The notes under the pieces were generated by a model. That model searched no databases, had not been told where the DNA came from, and worked only from the letters and a program-made list of their open reading frames with translations. A program made the translations under genes and the position numbers. This document shows positions 1 to 8,903 of a stretch of 64,000 bases of DNA, piece by piece; position 1 is the first letter of the stretch; each line of letters opens with the position of its first letter. Source of the stretch: Patescibacteria group bacterium (GTDB lineage Bacteria > Patescibacteriota > UBA1384 > XYA2-FULL-43-10); the NCBI GenBank assembly GCA_041674405.1, contig JBAYVT010000001.1, forward strand, positions 181,032 to 245,031, read 5' to 3'.

Positions 1-486
1 CTGATAGACCAAGCCATTGGCGAGATTATGTCGAAGGCAAAAGAAGCCAATCATACCCTTGTGTTTAATAAACCAGAAAAGGCGTTGCCGCTTACCTGGT
101 TTGATGTGACAAGAATTATGGAAATCCTCATCAATATTATTGGCAATTCAATCAAATATACTGATCCGGGTGGCAAGATCGAAGTTTCGGCATCAGCCGA
201 GGACAAGCTTATCACTGTTGCGATCAAAGACAATGGCCGCGGTATCCCGAAAGAAAAGCAGGACCAGGTATTCTCCAAATTTACTCAGGTTGACGTACTT
301 AAAGATGAGGTCAAAGGCACAGGCCTTGGCATGTACATTTCAAAAGAATTTATTAATCTCCACAAAGGCAAAATTTGGTTTGAGTCTGATGGCGAAAATA
401 AAGGCACGACGTTTTACTTTTCACTGCCAATTTTGAAGGAGAAACCTCTCGACCCTCACGAAGGAGAAGGAGCCGTTTTGCACTAG
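1..486 (+). CDS. sensor histidine kinase, C-terminal fragment (HATPase_c domain; 5' end lies outside the window)
   Basis: Reading frame is open from the window edge. ATP-lid motifs DNGRGIP and GTGLGMYISK match the HATPase_c fold. Confidence 0.7.
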   Translation: MIDQAIGEIMSKAKEANHTLVFNKPEKALPLTWFDVTRIMEILINIIGNSIKYTDPGGKIEVSASAEDKLITVAIKDNGRGIPKEKQDQVFSKFTQVDVLKDEVKGTGLGMYISKEFINLHKGKIWFESDGENKGTTFYFSLPILKEKPLDPHEGEGAVLH

Positions 487-698
487 CAAAACGGAATGAC
501 AAATTCCTAATATCAAATGTCTAATAAATTGGATATATTTCCGTATTAGTCCTAGGTAAATTGAACTAAGCTAGAACTTAGATGTCTTTCGATTGCACTC
601 GGGATCAATGCCCCTGTCATTTAATGAAGTATTTGGGAATTATTAGCTTCTGTAAAAGATAATTCTGCCAAGTACTTGTGCCGAGCGAAGTCGAGGCA

Positions 699-726
699 TT
701 GACATTATGTAAAGTATACTTTACAT
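699..726 (+). promoter_or_regulatory. TTGACA -35-like box (699-704) directly followed by a perfect 20-bp palindrome ATGTAAAGTATACTTTACAT (707-726) upstream of dnaK; candidate repressor operator
   Basis: Palindrome read directly from the sequence. The same 20-mer, with one central base different, occurs at 60723-60742 upstream of the HTH-Hsp20 gene. Confidence 0.55.
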
Positions 727-753
727 TTATAAAGAAGGTCAATTTGCCGGCCT

Positions 754-808
754 GGCTCCTTACCAAGGAGTTGCCTACCCCCTCCGGGCGGCTCCTTGGT
801 AAGGGGTC
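754..808 (+). promoter_or_regulatory. leader stem-loop: 15-17 bp inverted repeat GGCTCCTTACCAAGGAG / CTCCTTGGTAAGGGGTC with a 21-nt loop, in the dnaK 5' region
   Basis: Inverted repeat seen in the sequence. It lies between the putative promoter and the dnaK start at 951. Confidence 0.35.
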
Positions 809-950
809 GGGTCACCATAATCCAAAGCAGATTGGCCTTCAGCCAAACACAACCCGACTAAAGAACCAAAGAACGCAAGAACAAGTATTCAACAAAGTGG
901 TTCTTGGGTTCATTAGTCCATAAGTTCTTAAGTTTCTACGAAGGAGAAAA

Positions 951-2849
951 ATGGGTAAAATTATCGGAATTGACTTGGGTACGACAAACTCTGCCGTTGC
1001 CGTAATGGAAGGCGGAGAAGCCAAAATTATTACGACTGCCGAAGGCGGGCGCACTTGTCCATCAATTGTCGCCGAGACTAAAAAAGGCGATCGCCTCGTT
1101 GGGCAACTGGCCAAAAGGCAGGCTGTGACCAATGCAGAAAACACGATTTTTTCAGTAAAGCGCTTCATCGGCCGCAATTTTGACGACAAGGAAGCACAGG
1201 CTGACCTTAAAAAAATGCCTTACAAAACAATGAAGGCCTCCGACGGTTCAATCCGCGTTGTCATGAATGGTAAGGAATATAGCCCGCAGGAAGTTTCAGC
1301 TTTTACCTTGCAAAAATTAAAGACAGATGCCGAAACATATCTTGGCGAGAAGGTCACAGACGCCGTAATCACCGTCCCAGCCTACTTCAATGATGCACAA
1401 AGACAGGCTACCAAGGATGCGGGCAAAATCGCTGGTCTTGACGTGAAACGAATTATCAACGAACCTACTGCCGCTTCGCTTGCTTATGGCCTCGATAAGA
1501 AAAAAAATGAAAAGATCGCAGTTTATGATCTCGGTGGTGGAACTTTTGATATTACCATCCTTGAGCTCGGCGATGGCGTTTTCGAAGTCAAGGCGACCAA
1601 TGGTGACACTCATCTCGGTGGTGATGACTTCGATCAACGCATCATGGACTTTATTATCGATGAGTTCAAAAAGGATCAGGGGATCGATCTTCACTCAGAC
1701 ACGGCTGCGCTTCAGCGTATAAAAGAAGCCGCAGAAAAAGCCAAAATTGAGCTTTCTTCGACAACCGAAACTGAAATTAATCTGCCATTTATTACTGCCG
1801 ATGCTTCCGGCCCGAAGCATCTGACGATGAATATTACCCGAGCCAAACTCGAAGATATCGTCGGCGAATTAATCGAAGCAACTCTTAAGCCATGTGAAAC
1901 TGTGATGAAAGACGCCGGCGTTACCGCCAAGGATATCAATGAAGTGATTCTTGTGGGTGGTATGACCAGGATGCCTAAGGTTCGCGAAACAGTGAAAAAG
2001 TTTTTTGACAAAGAGCCAAACCATTCCGTAAACCCGGACGAGGCTGTGGCAATCGGCGCTGCAATTCAAGGTGGAATCTTGGGCGGTGAGGTTAAGGACC
2101 TTCTTCTTCTCGATGTCACTCCCCTATCTCTCGGAATTGAAACACTCGGTGGCGTGATGACCAAGCTTATAGACAAAAACACGACTATTCCGACTTCAAA
2201 ATCACAGATTTTCTCAACAGCAGCAGACAACCAGACACAAGTTGATATCCATGTCCTTCAGGGCGAGCGCGAAATGGCTGCTGACAACCGCACGCTTGGC
2301 CGATTTGTCCTCGATGGCATTCCTCCAGCTCCACGAGGCATCCCGCAAGTTGAAGTCTCCTTTGACATTGATGCTAATGGCATAGTGAATGTGAAAGCAA
2401 CGGATAAGGCCACTAACAAAGAGCAAAAAATTACAATCACCAGCTCCTCCGGCCTTTCCGACGAAGACATCGAGAAAATGAAGAAGGATGCTGAACTTCA
2501 CGCCGAAGAAGACAAGAAGAAAAAAGAACTTATTGATGCCAGAAATATGGCTGACAGCTTGATTTTCACTGCCGAGAAGACTATCAAAGATGCCGGAGAA
2601 AAAGCTGACTCGAATCTAAAGAGCGACGTTGAGAGCAAGATTGAGGCCCTAAAGGGAGTAAAAGAGAGCGACAACACAGAAGAAATCAAGACTCAAACCG
2701 AATCACTATCAAAATCGCTTCAGGAACTGGGCGCAAAGATGTACGAACAGGCTGGACCGCAACAAGCCCCTGAAAAACCGGAAAATGAAAGTAAAGATGG
2801 TGCTAGCAAAGAGGAAAAGCCAGACGACAAGGGAGAAGAAAATAAATAA
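951..2849 (+). CDS. dnaK: molecular chaperone DnaK (Hsp70)
   Basis: 632-aa protein. N-terminus [22 protein letters not shown] and other Hsp70 signatures are present along the full length. Confidence 0.97.
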   Translation: MGKIIGIDLGTTNSAVAVMEGGEAKIITTAEGGRTCPSIVAETKKGDRLVGQLAKRQAVTNAENTIFSVKRFIGRNFDDKEAQADLKKMPYKTMKASDGSIRVVMNGKEYSPQEVSAFTLQKLKTDAETYLGEKVTDAVITVPAYFNDAQRQATKDAGKIAGLDVKRIINEPTAASLAYGLDKKKNEKIAVYDLGGGTFDITILELGDGVFEVKATNGDTHLGGDDFDQRIMDFIIDEFKKDQGIDLHSDTAALQRIKEAAEKAKIELSSTTETEINLPFITADASGPKHLTMNITRAKLEDIVGELIEATLKPCETVMKDAGVTAKDINEVILVGGMTRMPKVRETVKKFFDKEPNHSVNPDEAVAIGAAIQGGILGGEVKDLLLLDVTPLSLGIETLGGVMTKLIDKNTTIPTSKSQIFSTAADNQTQVDIHVLQGEREMAADNRTLGRFVLDGIPPAPRGIPQVEVSFDIDANGIVNVKATDKATNKEQKITITSSSGLSDEDIEKMKKDAELHAEEDKKKKELIDARNMADSLIFTAEKTIKDAGEKADSNLKSDVESKIEALKGVKESDNTEEIKTQTESLSKSLQELGAKMYEQAGPQQAPEKPENESKDGASKEEKPDDKGEENK

Positions 2850-2862
2850 ATTTTGGCGAATT

Positions 2863-2892
2863 GGCCCCGACCTTGCTGGTCGGGCCGATTCT
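2863..2892 (+). terminator. rho-independent terminator-like hairpin after dnaK (GGCCCCGACC ttgctg GTCGGGCC followed by a T-rich stretch)
   Basis: GC-rich inverted repeat immediately 3' of the dnaK stop codon. Confidence 0.5.
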
Positions 2893-2952
2893 TGATAGAA
2901 TTGCAATAAGCTAACAGCGATAAGTTAAGGATGTAAGCTTATAGGAGGGGCA

Positions 2953-3645
2953 ATGTTGGATATCTTCAAAAGGCCAATTACCGTCATTATCATTGTTGGG
3001 GCGATTGTGATCGCCCTTATCTGGTCATATGTTGACAAGAGAATTCAATCCAATAAGGAAGCTGCGGAAGCTAAAAAAATTACCGATGCCGCTCAGATCA
3101 TTACCAATCTTACCAATATAGATCCCAAAGATTACGATGAATTAGTGAAGGCTGAATATCAGAAAGCAGTTACGAATGCGACAGCAGCTGATCCAAATAA
3201 TGCATTTTCGGCGTTGGTGGTAGAATTGCCAGGCGACCTTGCCTTAAACTCGGGAAATGACAGATTTGTTTTTACTTCTCCGGACAATGCTGCAAATAAC
3301 TGGACCATCACATTTTCTGAGCTTACCGGCAACTTTATTCGGGCAATAATTCCCAAAAGCGATTATTTAGGGGAACTGAAGCCGGTAAATACAAACCTAT
3401 GGAAATTCCAATATGTGACGGCAATTCAAATTGCCGAACAAAATGGCGGAAAGACTTTTCGTGAAAACAATTCTTTGACCGGAGTTACACTTACCCTGAA
3501 GCACGGAGACCCGAATAATTGGCTGGCATGGACAGTCGAATACAACAGCAAGGATAATAAATTTGTAAAACAGGTTGATGCCAATTCCGGAAAAACGATT
3601 GATTCAATTTCAACTACCGGAGATCAAGCATCTTCTGTCCAGTAA
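2953..3645 (+). CDS. membrane-anchored hypothetical protein; C-terminal region resembles a PepSY domain
   Basis: N-terminal hydrophobic helix. C-terminal WTVEYNSKDNKFVKQVDANSGKTI fits the PepSY pattern. The gene sits between dnaK and the J-protein gene. Confidence 0.5.
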   Translation: MLDIFKRPITVIIIVGAIVIALIWSYVDKRIQSNKEAAEAKKITDAAQIITNLTNIDPKDYDELVKAEYQKAVTNATAADPNNAFSALVVELPGDLALNSGNDRFVFTSPDNAANNWTITFSELTGNFIRAIIPKSDYLGELKPVNTNLWKFQYVTAIQIAEQNGGKTFRENNSLTGVTLTLKHGDPNNWLAWTVEYNSKDNKFVKQVDANSGKTIDSISTTGDQASSVQ

Positions 3646-3743
3646 TTCAAATCTCAAATTTCAAATCTCAAAAATAAGGAATTAAATATTTAAATATTTG
3701 AGATGAAATTTTGACTTTTGAAATTTAAGTTTTGAGATATATC

Positions 3744-4406
3744 ATGTCCAAGGATTACTATAAAATTCTAGGAGTGGACAAGAGGGCTTCCGCCGACGAA
3801 ATCAAAAAAACATATCGGAAGCTTGCTTTGGAATGTCATCCGGATCGAGGCGGAGGAGACAAAGCGGAAGAGAAATTCAAAGAACTGAACGAAGCTTATC
3901 AAGTTCTTTCGGATTCACAGAAACGGGCACAATACGATCAATTTGGCTCAACATTCGCAGGCGGACAGGGCAGCGGTGGATTTGGCGGTTTCGATTTTGG
4001 CGGATTCCAAGGGCAAGATTTCGGTGGATTCGGTCCCGAAGGGGCCCACTTTGGGGGCTTTGGCGGCGGCGGGCTTGGCGATATATTTGATGATTTCTTT
4101 GGTGCTGCTTTTTCATCCGTGTCTGCTGAGATTGAGATTGGCCCCGCGCAAGCTGTTCTCGGTGAAAAAATTTCGATCAATGTTAGTGGTGAAAATATTG
4201 AACTAAATATCCCACCTGGCATTCAGGATGGAACTACTTTTCGGTTTCTTGGCAAGGGTCGCGCATACAACAAGTCGGGTAAGAAAGGCGATCTCAATGT
4301 GATAGTGCACATAAAAATGCCTCAAAGAATCACACCGGAGCAAAAGGAGCTATGGGAGAAGCTTAAGGAAGCCGAATCAAAGAAGAAATCTTGGTGGCAA
4401 CGCTAG
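3744..4406 (+). CDS. J-domain co-chaperone (DnaJ/CbpA-like; J domain plus G/F-rich region, no Cys-rich zinc-finger domain)
   Basis: DYYKILGV...HPD J-domain motif followed by a Gly/Phe-rich stretch. ATG at 3744 preferred over the TTG at 3732 used by the ORF track. Confidence 0.85.
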   Translation: MSKDYYKILGVDKRASADEIKKTYRKLALECHPDRGGGDKAEEKFKELNEAYQVLSDSQKRAQYDQFGSTFAGGQGSGGFGGFDFGGFQGQDFGGFGPEGAHFGGFGGGGLGDIFDDFFGAAFSSVSAEIEIGPAQAVLGEKISINVSGENIELNIPPGIQDGTTFRFLGKGRAYNKSGKKGDLNVIVHIKMPQRITPEQKELWEKLKEAESKKKSWWQR

Positions 4407-4505
4407 CTGCGCTACGCGCTAGTCTAAAGAGAAAAGATGAAAGTGTAAAGACAATTAATTTGTTTTTTTAAGCTTTTCTCTTTCCACTTTACACTTTCCA
4501 CTAAT

Positions 4506-4871
4506 TTATGCTGCCTCCGGCATTTGATCTTGCGATTCTAGAAATCTTAAATCATCTTCATCTGCGGCCGTGTCTTGACCCAGTGAACGCTCATTTTCAA
4601 TCTTTCTTTGAAGAAAATGCTCGATTTCCCGCCGATCTTTGCCTTCTCGGAGAATTTTAATCATATTCTCCAGCGTTTGGATCTCGCTCTCGTTGATATG
4701 ATACAGGCCGCCCTGTTCTCCATGAAGGGCTCGATCAACTTGCTGTTCACGATCGATTCTTCCCTTTACCCGTTCAATTTCGCTCTCGAGATCCGAGATT
4801 AGCCGGTTACAGATCGACCGCTCCCGATCCACAGTTTCTTCTTCTGGAGCGGCTTCTGTTTCAATCGCCAT
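4506..4871 (-). CDS. hypothetical acidic coiled-coil protein (122 aa)
   Basis: Internal ATG at 4871 is preceded by the strong RBS AAGGAGGG. The longer ORF start would overlap the obg 3' end. Confidence 0.55.
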   Translation of the reverse strand: MAIETEAAPEEETVDRERSICNRLISDLESEIERVKGRIDREQQVDRALHGEQGGLYHINESEIQTLENMIKILREGKDRREIEHFLQRKIENERSLGQDTAADEDDLRFLESQDQMPEAA

Positions 4872-4887
4872 GATCCCTCCTTTTTCC

Positions 4888-6291
4888 TTATAATTTGTCA
4901 ATTTTAGAACTGATTGAAGCAAAATAATCTTTGATATTTTGATAATTTAAGTTTTCTTTGACCTCATTCAGCAACACCCAAACAGGAATTTCGTCGGTTT
5001 CTTTTTCTCCAAGATCCACTTTCTCTGATCTAAAAAGAAACATTTTACAGGTGATTCCTTTCGGGTTCATTTTATTTACATACTCGAAATCGGGCAGATC
5101 AGTTCCATCAGACACTACAACCCCGGTTTCTTCAAATATCTCTCTGATAGCCGCTTTCTTTTCATCTTCTCCAGGCTCTAAGTGGCCTTTTGGAAATGAA
5201 AACTCATTGTTGTGACGCGGCCGCTGGATCATCAGAACATATTTTTTGCCTTGGCGCTCCAACACAACTATTCCGCCTGATTTTAGAGTGTGCCCTGCTG
5301 GATTTTTTACTTTATTTGGATGATTCAGCTCCGAAAGAATAACTTTTATTAATTCTTCTATACCTTTATTAGCTGCGGCAGAAATCGGAATAGCAACCAC
5401 GCTAATTTCTTCAAATTGCCCGATTTTTGACTTGATGTTTTCTGAAGATTCAACATCGGTTTTATTTAATACAACAATTTCATTTTTGCTGCTTAAGTTT
5501 TTTGAAAATTCCTCAAGCTCCTTGCGAATTGTTTTGTAATCACGAATCACATCGTCACTCATCGAATCAATCACATGCACAAGCAAATTGGTGCGCTCGA
5601 TATGTTTTAGGAATCGATCGCCAAGCCCACGTCCAGCCGATGCTCCTTCAATCAAGCCAGGGATGTCGGCGACAATAACATTGCGATCTATACCCTTAAT
5701 AACCCCTAGATTCGGCGTAAGCGTAGTAAAGGGATAGTCGGCAACTTTCGGCCTAGCATTGGAAATAACCGATAAGAGAGTTGACTTACCAGCATTTGGA
5801 AGGCCGATGAGCCCTACATCTGCGATCATTTTAAGTTCCAGGTTTAAACGTTTTGATTCTCCGAATAAGCCCTTTTTTGACCATTTTGGAGCTTGTTTGA
5901 TCGAGGTGGCAAAATGTACATTTCCCCAGCCGCCTTGCCCCCCACTTACTGCGACGTATGAACCGGCATCACCCGCTAGATCAGCTACCAATTTATCATC
6001 TTCAAATATTTGTGTGCCTAGGGGCACATTCAATTTAAGATCATCGCCGTTTTTGCCGTGCATTTTTTTACCCATTCCATTTTGGCCATTTTCCGCACTG
6101 AATTTTCTGATGCGGTTAAAATAAGACAGATCCGATGTGTGTGAATCGGCAGAGATGATGACACTGCCACCATTTCCTCCATCTCCCCCATCGGGCCCAC
6201 CTTTTGGAACATATTTTTCATGGCGAAAAGAGGCAGACCCATCTCCGCCATTGCCGGCTTTCACATAAATTTTCGCTTCATCAAAAAACAT
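4888..6291 (-). CDS. obg: GTPase Obg with a C-terminal Nudix hydrolase domain in place of the usual OCT/TGS tail
   Basis: N-terminus MFFDEAKIYVKAGNGGDG (Obg fold), G1 GLPNAGKST and other G-motifs. The last ~130 aa carry a perfect Nudix box GHLEPGEDEKKAAIREIFEETGV. ATG at 6291 preferred over the GTG at 6324. Confidence 0.9.
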   Translation of the reverse strand: MFFDEAKIYVKAGNGGDGSASFRHEKYVPKGGPDGGDGGNGGSVIISADSHTSDLSYFNRIRKFSAENGQNGMGKKMHGKNGDDLKLNVPLGTQIFEDDKLVADLAGDAGSYVAVSGGQGGWGNVHFATSIKQAPKWSKKGLFGESKRLNLELKMIADVGLIGLPNAGKSTLLSVISNARPKVADYPFTTLTPNLGVIKGIDRNVIVADIPGLIEGASAGRGLGDRFLKHIERTNLLVHVIDSMSDDVIRDYKTIRKELEEFSKNLSSKNEIVVLNKTDVESSENIKSKIGQFEEISVVAIPISAAANKGIEELIKVILSELNHPNKVKNPAGHTLKSGGIVVLERQGKKYVLMIQRPRHNNEFSFPKGHLEPGEDEKKAAIREIFEETGVVVSDGTDLPDFEYVNKMNPKGITCKMFLFRSEKVDLGEKETDEIPVWVLLNEVKENLNYQNIKDYFASISSKIDKL

Positions 6292-6297
6292 GACTTT

Positions 6298-6401
6298 CAC
6301 AGAATGGTTATCACAGAATTTCACAGAATTGATTGCAGCATGGATTCATGAGATTCACAGAAATGATATTTTTCTGTGTCTTTCTGTGTGATTTTTCTGT
6401 G
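6298..6401. repeat. array of seven CACAGAA heptamers (four direct, then three inverted as TTCTGTG) in the obg upstream region
   Basis: Copies read from the sequence at 6298, 6312, 6322, 6356 (forward) and 6372, 6382, 6395 (reverse). Confidence 0.6.
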
Positions 6402-6437
6402 CAGTAATTTCCTATTATTATATTCTATAATAACACA

Positions 6438-6464
6438 AAATCCCTCATGAAGCTAGGGATTTTT
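6438..6464 (-). terminator. hairpin AAATCCCT-catgaagct-AGGGATTTT downstream of the LysM/CHAP gene
   Basis: Inverted repeat flanked by A and T runs, so it could act in either direction. Confidence 0.45.
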
Positions 6465-6501
6465 GCATTTATACTACAGACTAAGGACTACAAACTACGG
6501 A

Positions 6502-7602
6502 CTAATATATGAATCCTCGAATCGCGCCTTCACCGGCAGATATTGTGCGGCGGCTGACTACACCCCATCCGGCATAATTCATCTCGGAAATCGTGAGTGA
6601 GTTTCCATTTACACTTTCGACATATGCAACATGTCCCCACCAAGATTCAGAGGTAACTACAATCGCGCCAACAGCCGGGGTTGAACCAGTAGACATTCCG
6701 CGTGATCGAGCCGAAGAAAGCCAGTTCTTGGCATTTCCCATGCTGGTCGGCATTGACCGGCGAGTTGCCACATAATATGTGCAGTATCCATAAGGATAGC
6801 CGTTGTTTCGGCTGCCGGCTGGATGGCTAATCGAGGTTGTTTTACTTCTGCTTGAGCTCGAGGAACGATTAACGGTGCTTCTGGAAGCTACGGCAAGCTT
6901 TGCCTGCTGAGCCGCATATGCGGAATCGGAAACCTCATAACCGGCTTGTGGAATTTTGATGGTTTGGCCAGGCTTAATAAGGTCGGAGCTACCCATATTG
7001 TTTACATATTTAATTGAAGCTAACCTAACACCAAATTTCCAGCCCAAACCAGTAAGTGTATCACCGGATCGAACGGTATATTGCACAGATCCACTTGAGT
7101 TATCAGGCAAAGGTTCTTCTCGAGCAGTGATATTGGTATCAACGGTGGTTTTTACTTCTGTAAACGATTGGCTTGATGCCAAATACGCTTTTTCCACATT
7201 GACATGCCCGTCTGGAATCAGCGGCGTATATTGATCTACAGAAGCAGCTACAGCGATTTCTTGCTCCGGTTCAGCAGGAACAAGGGAATCGGAATTTTTT
7301 GCCCTTGCTTGCACCACAAAGTTTGAACCAACCACGATTAGAGTAAGAGCAGTTACAACAGCGTGCGGAAGATATTCCGAAATTATTCCGGTTTTCTGCA
7401 TTTTTTTGAAAGCAGAAATATTCTGCCCACAAAAAATAGCAGTAGCCTTGTAACCGGTCGCTGCTAGCTTTTTGGCTTTCGCCAATTCGTCAAAATATTT
7501 ATTTAAATGGTTTTTAGTTTTGGAAAGTTTTAAAGTAAAATTTTTGATTTTTGAGTTTCCGCTACGTTTATGCGGCGGTTCTACGTCATCTTGTAAAATC
7601 AT
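6502..7602 (-). CDS. secreted peptidoglycan hydrolase with LysM and C-terminal CHAP domains
   Basis: LysM-like YTVRSGDTLTGLGWKFGV...IKPGQTIKIP. C-terminal block with Cys (GYCTYYV) and His (WGHVAYVESV) typical of CHAP. N-terminal membrane helix. Confidence 0.75.
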   Translation of the reverse strand: MILQDDVEPPHKRSGNSKIKNFTLKLSKTKNHLNKYFDELAKAKKLAATGYKATAIFCGQNISAFKKMQKTGIISEYLPHAVVTALTLIVVGSNFVVQARAKNSDSLVPAEPEQEIAVAASVDQYTPLIPDGHVNVEKAYLASSQSFTEVKTTVDTNITAREEPLPDNSSGSVQYTVRSGDTLTGLGWKFGVRLASIKYVNNMGSSDLIKPGQTIKIPQAGYEVSDSAYAAQQAKLAVASRSTVNRSSSSSRSKTTSISHPAGSRNNGYPYGYCTYYVATRRSMPTSMGNAKNWLSSARSRGMSTGSTPAVGAIVVTSESWWGHVAYVESVNGNSLTISEMNYAGWGVVSRRTISAGEGAIRGFIY

Positions 7603-7673
7603 TGTGTTTTCCTACAACGTTAACCATTATATACAAGCCTCGAATTTTGTCAAGGCTTGAATAAAAAGTTCTA

Positions 7674-8903
7674 TTATTTGTTGGCTAGCACAACAGAAAT
7701 TGAGGAAGGAGAAACTGAATTTACCGTCACTCCCTGTGGAACTTTTATATCAGAAGCATTAATATCATAAGAATATGTGCCGGAGGGTTTGCCTGAAAAA
7801 TCGATAGACAACGACACGTCACCCGCACCGAGATTATTGATCTCCGACTGAGGCCCAGAAACGACCGCATTTATTGCTTGGGGCGTAAAACTAAAATTCA
7901 GATTGTTTAAGTTTAAGGGAATAATTGTAACCGGCATTTGCCGTGTAATTATGTTTTCTGATGCAACAATATTTACCTTAACAGAGGCGACCTGTCCGGG
8001 ATCAAGCGCGATTCCATCAGGAATCACAATACTTGCGGTTTTATCCGTTGACCCGTTAAGCCCGCTAACATCTATCAGGCTGGTCTCAAGAAAACTTAAG
8101 GCTAGAAGGGCAGACTCTGACCCCGTTACATCCACCGTGTTTGGGAGAACGCTCACCTTTGAGATATAAAAACCATCTTGCGGATTTCCGATAATTTTCG
8201 GCCTTATGCCTACGGTTTTATTGTTTCCAGCCCTTACCATAGACACGGAAACTTTGATATCCATCGGATTGAATACAACATTTGTAATTTCATTGCCCTG
8301 GTCGTCAAAAGCCTGGACTTTGATGGTTTTTTCAAAATTATTTGCTTCCCCAGAAAGCCCAATGACTACAACTCCCTCTGAGATCCCTTCTACAATGCTC
8401 TTCGGGCCAGAAACAACAACACTTTCGGGATCATAAGTAACATCACCCACAACCATGCCCTCGGCCGGAGAACCTTGAATTTTTCTATTTACATTGATGG
8501 TTTTATTGATGGATGGTTCTAGGCTGACCATAATTTTGTCGGGTGTTTTTTTGACAATTTGAACTCCCTCCACCGTGCTGATCACACTTATGGGTAGGTT
8601 GTATGTTCCCTCAGACAAGCCGGTTAAATCCACGGTGGCGCGGAAAGAATCAGCAGAAAGCTTGTTCCAAACAGCTGGTTCCGCAGATATTTGAATCTCA
8701 ACTTCTTTTTCATCATATATGGGTATGAGCCCTGTCTGAATATTTTCGGCTTTGATCGAAATTTTTGAAGGAAATTTGCCGGTGGTGCTTTGTCCTGACG
8801 CAACATAAACCCACAGCACCAGCGCGGCAAGAATACATATTAGCTTCACCGGCCAATCTGATAGTATATACCTTTTGATAAATTTTCGAGGTTTGAATTT
8901 CAT
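7674..8903 (-). CDS. cdaR: CdaR-like regulator of diadenylate cyclase (YbbR-repeat protein)
   Basis: Signal-anchor followed by a repetitive beta-rich sequence. The gene lies immediately downstream of cdaA with no gap, the conserved arrangement. Confidence 0.7.
   Translation of the reverse strand: MKFKPRKFIKRYILSDWPVKLICILAALVLWVYVASGQSTTGKFPSKISIKAENIQTGLIPIYDEKEVEIQISAEPAVWNKLSADSFRATVDLTGLSEGTYNLPISVISTVEGVQIVKKTPDKIMVSLEPSINKTINVNRKIQGSPAEGMVVGDVTYDPESVVVSGPKSIVEGISEGVVVIGLSGEANNFEKTIKVQAFDDQGNEITNVVFNPMDIKVSVSMVRAGNNKTVGIRPKIIGNPQDGFYISKVSVLPNTVDVTGSESALLALSFLETSLIDVSGLNGSTDKTASIVIPDGIALDPGQVASVKVNIVASENIITRQMPVTIIPLNLNNLNFSFTPQAINAVVSGPQSEINNLGAGDVSLSIDFSGKPSGTYSYDINASDIKVPQGVTVNSVSPSSISVVLANK

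Noticed and set aside
678-923. 81-aa ORF upstream of dnaK
   Set aside because: It sits on the putative dnaK promoter, palindrome and leader hairpin. It has no RBS and an odd composition, so it is probably non-coding leader sequence.
1317-2689. Multiple antisense or alternate-frame ORFs inside dnaK (similar ORFs occur inside gyrA, gyrB, infB and the giant protease gene)
   Set aside because: They lie fully within well-supported conserved genes and give low-complexity translations. These are shadow ORFs.
6298-6401. Heptamer array considered as DnaA boxes or oriC
   Set aside because: Only a partial match to TTATNCACA in one copy. There is no dnaA or dnaN nearby and the gyrB-upstream region has no such boxes. 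Treated as a generic cis-regulatory repeat.
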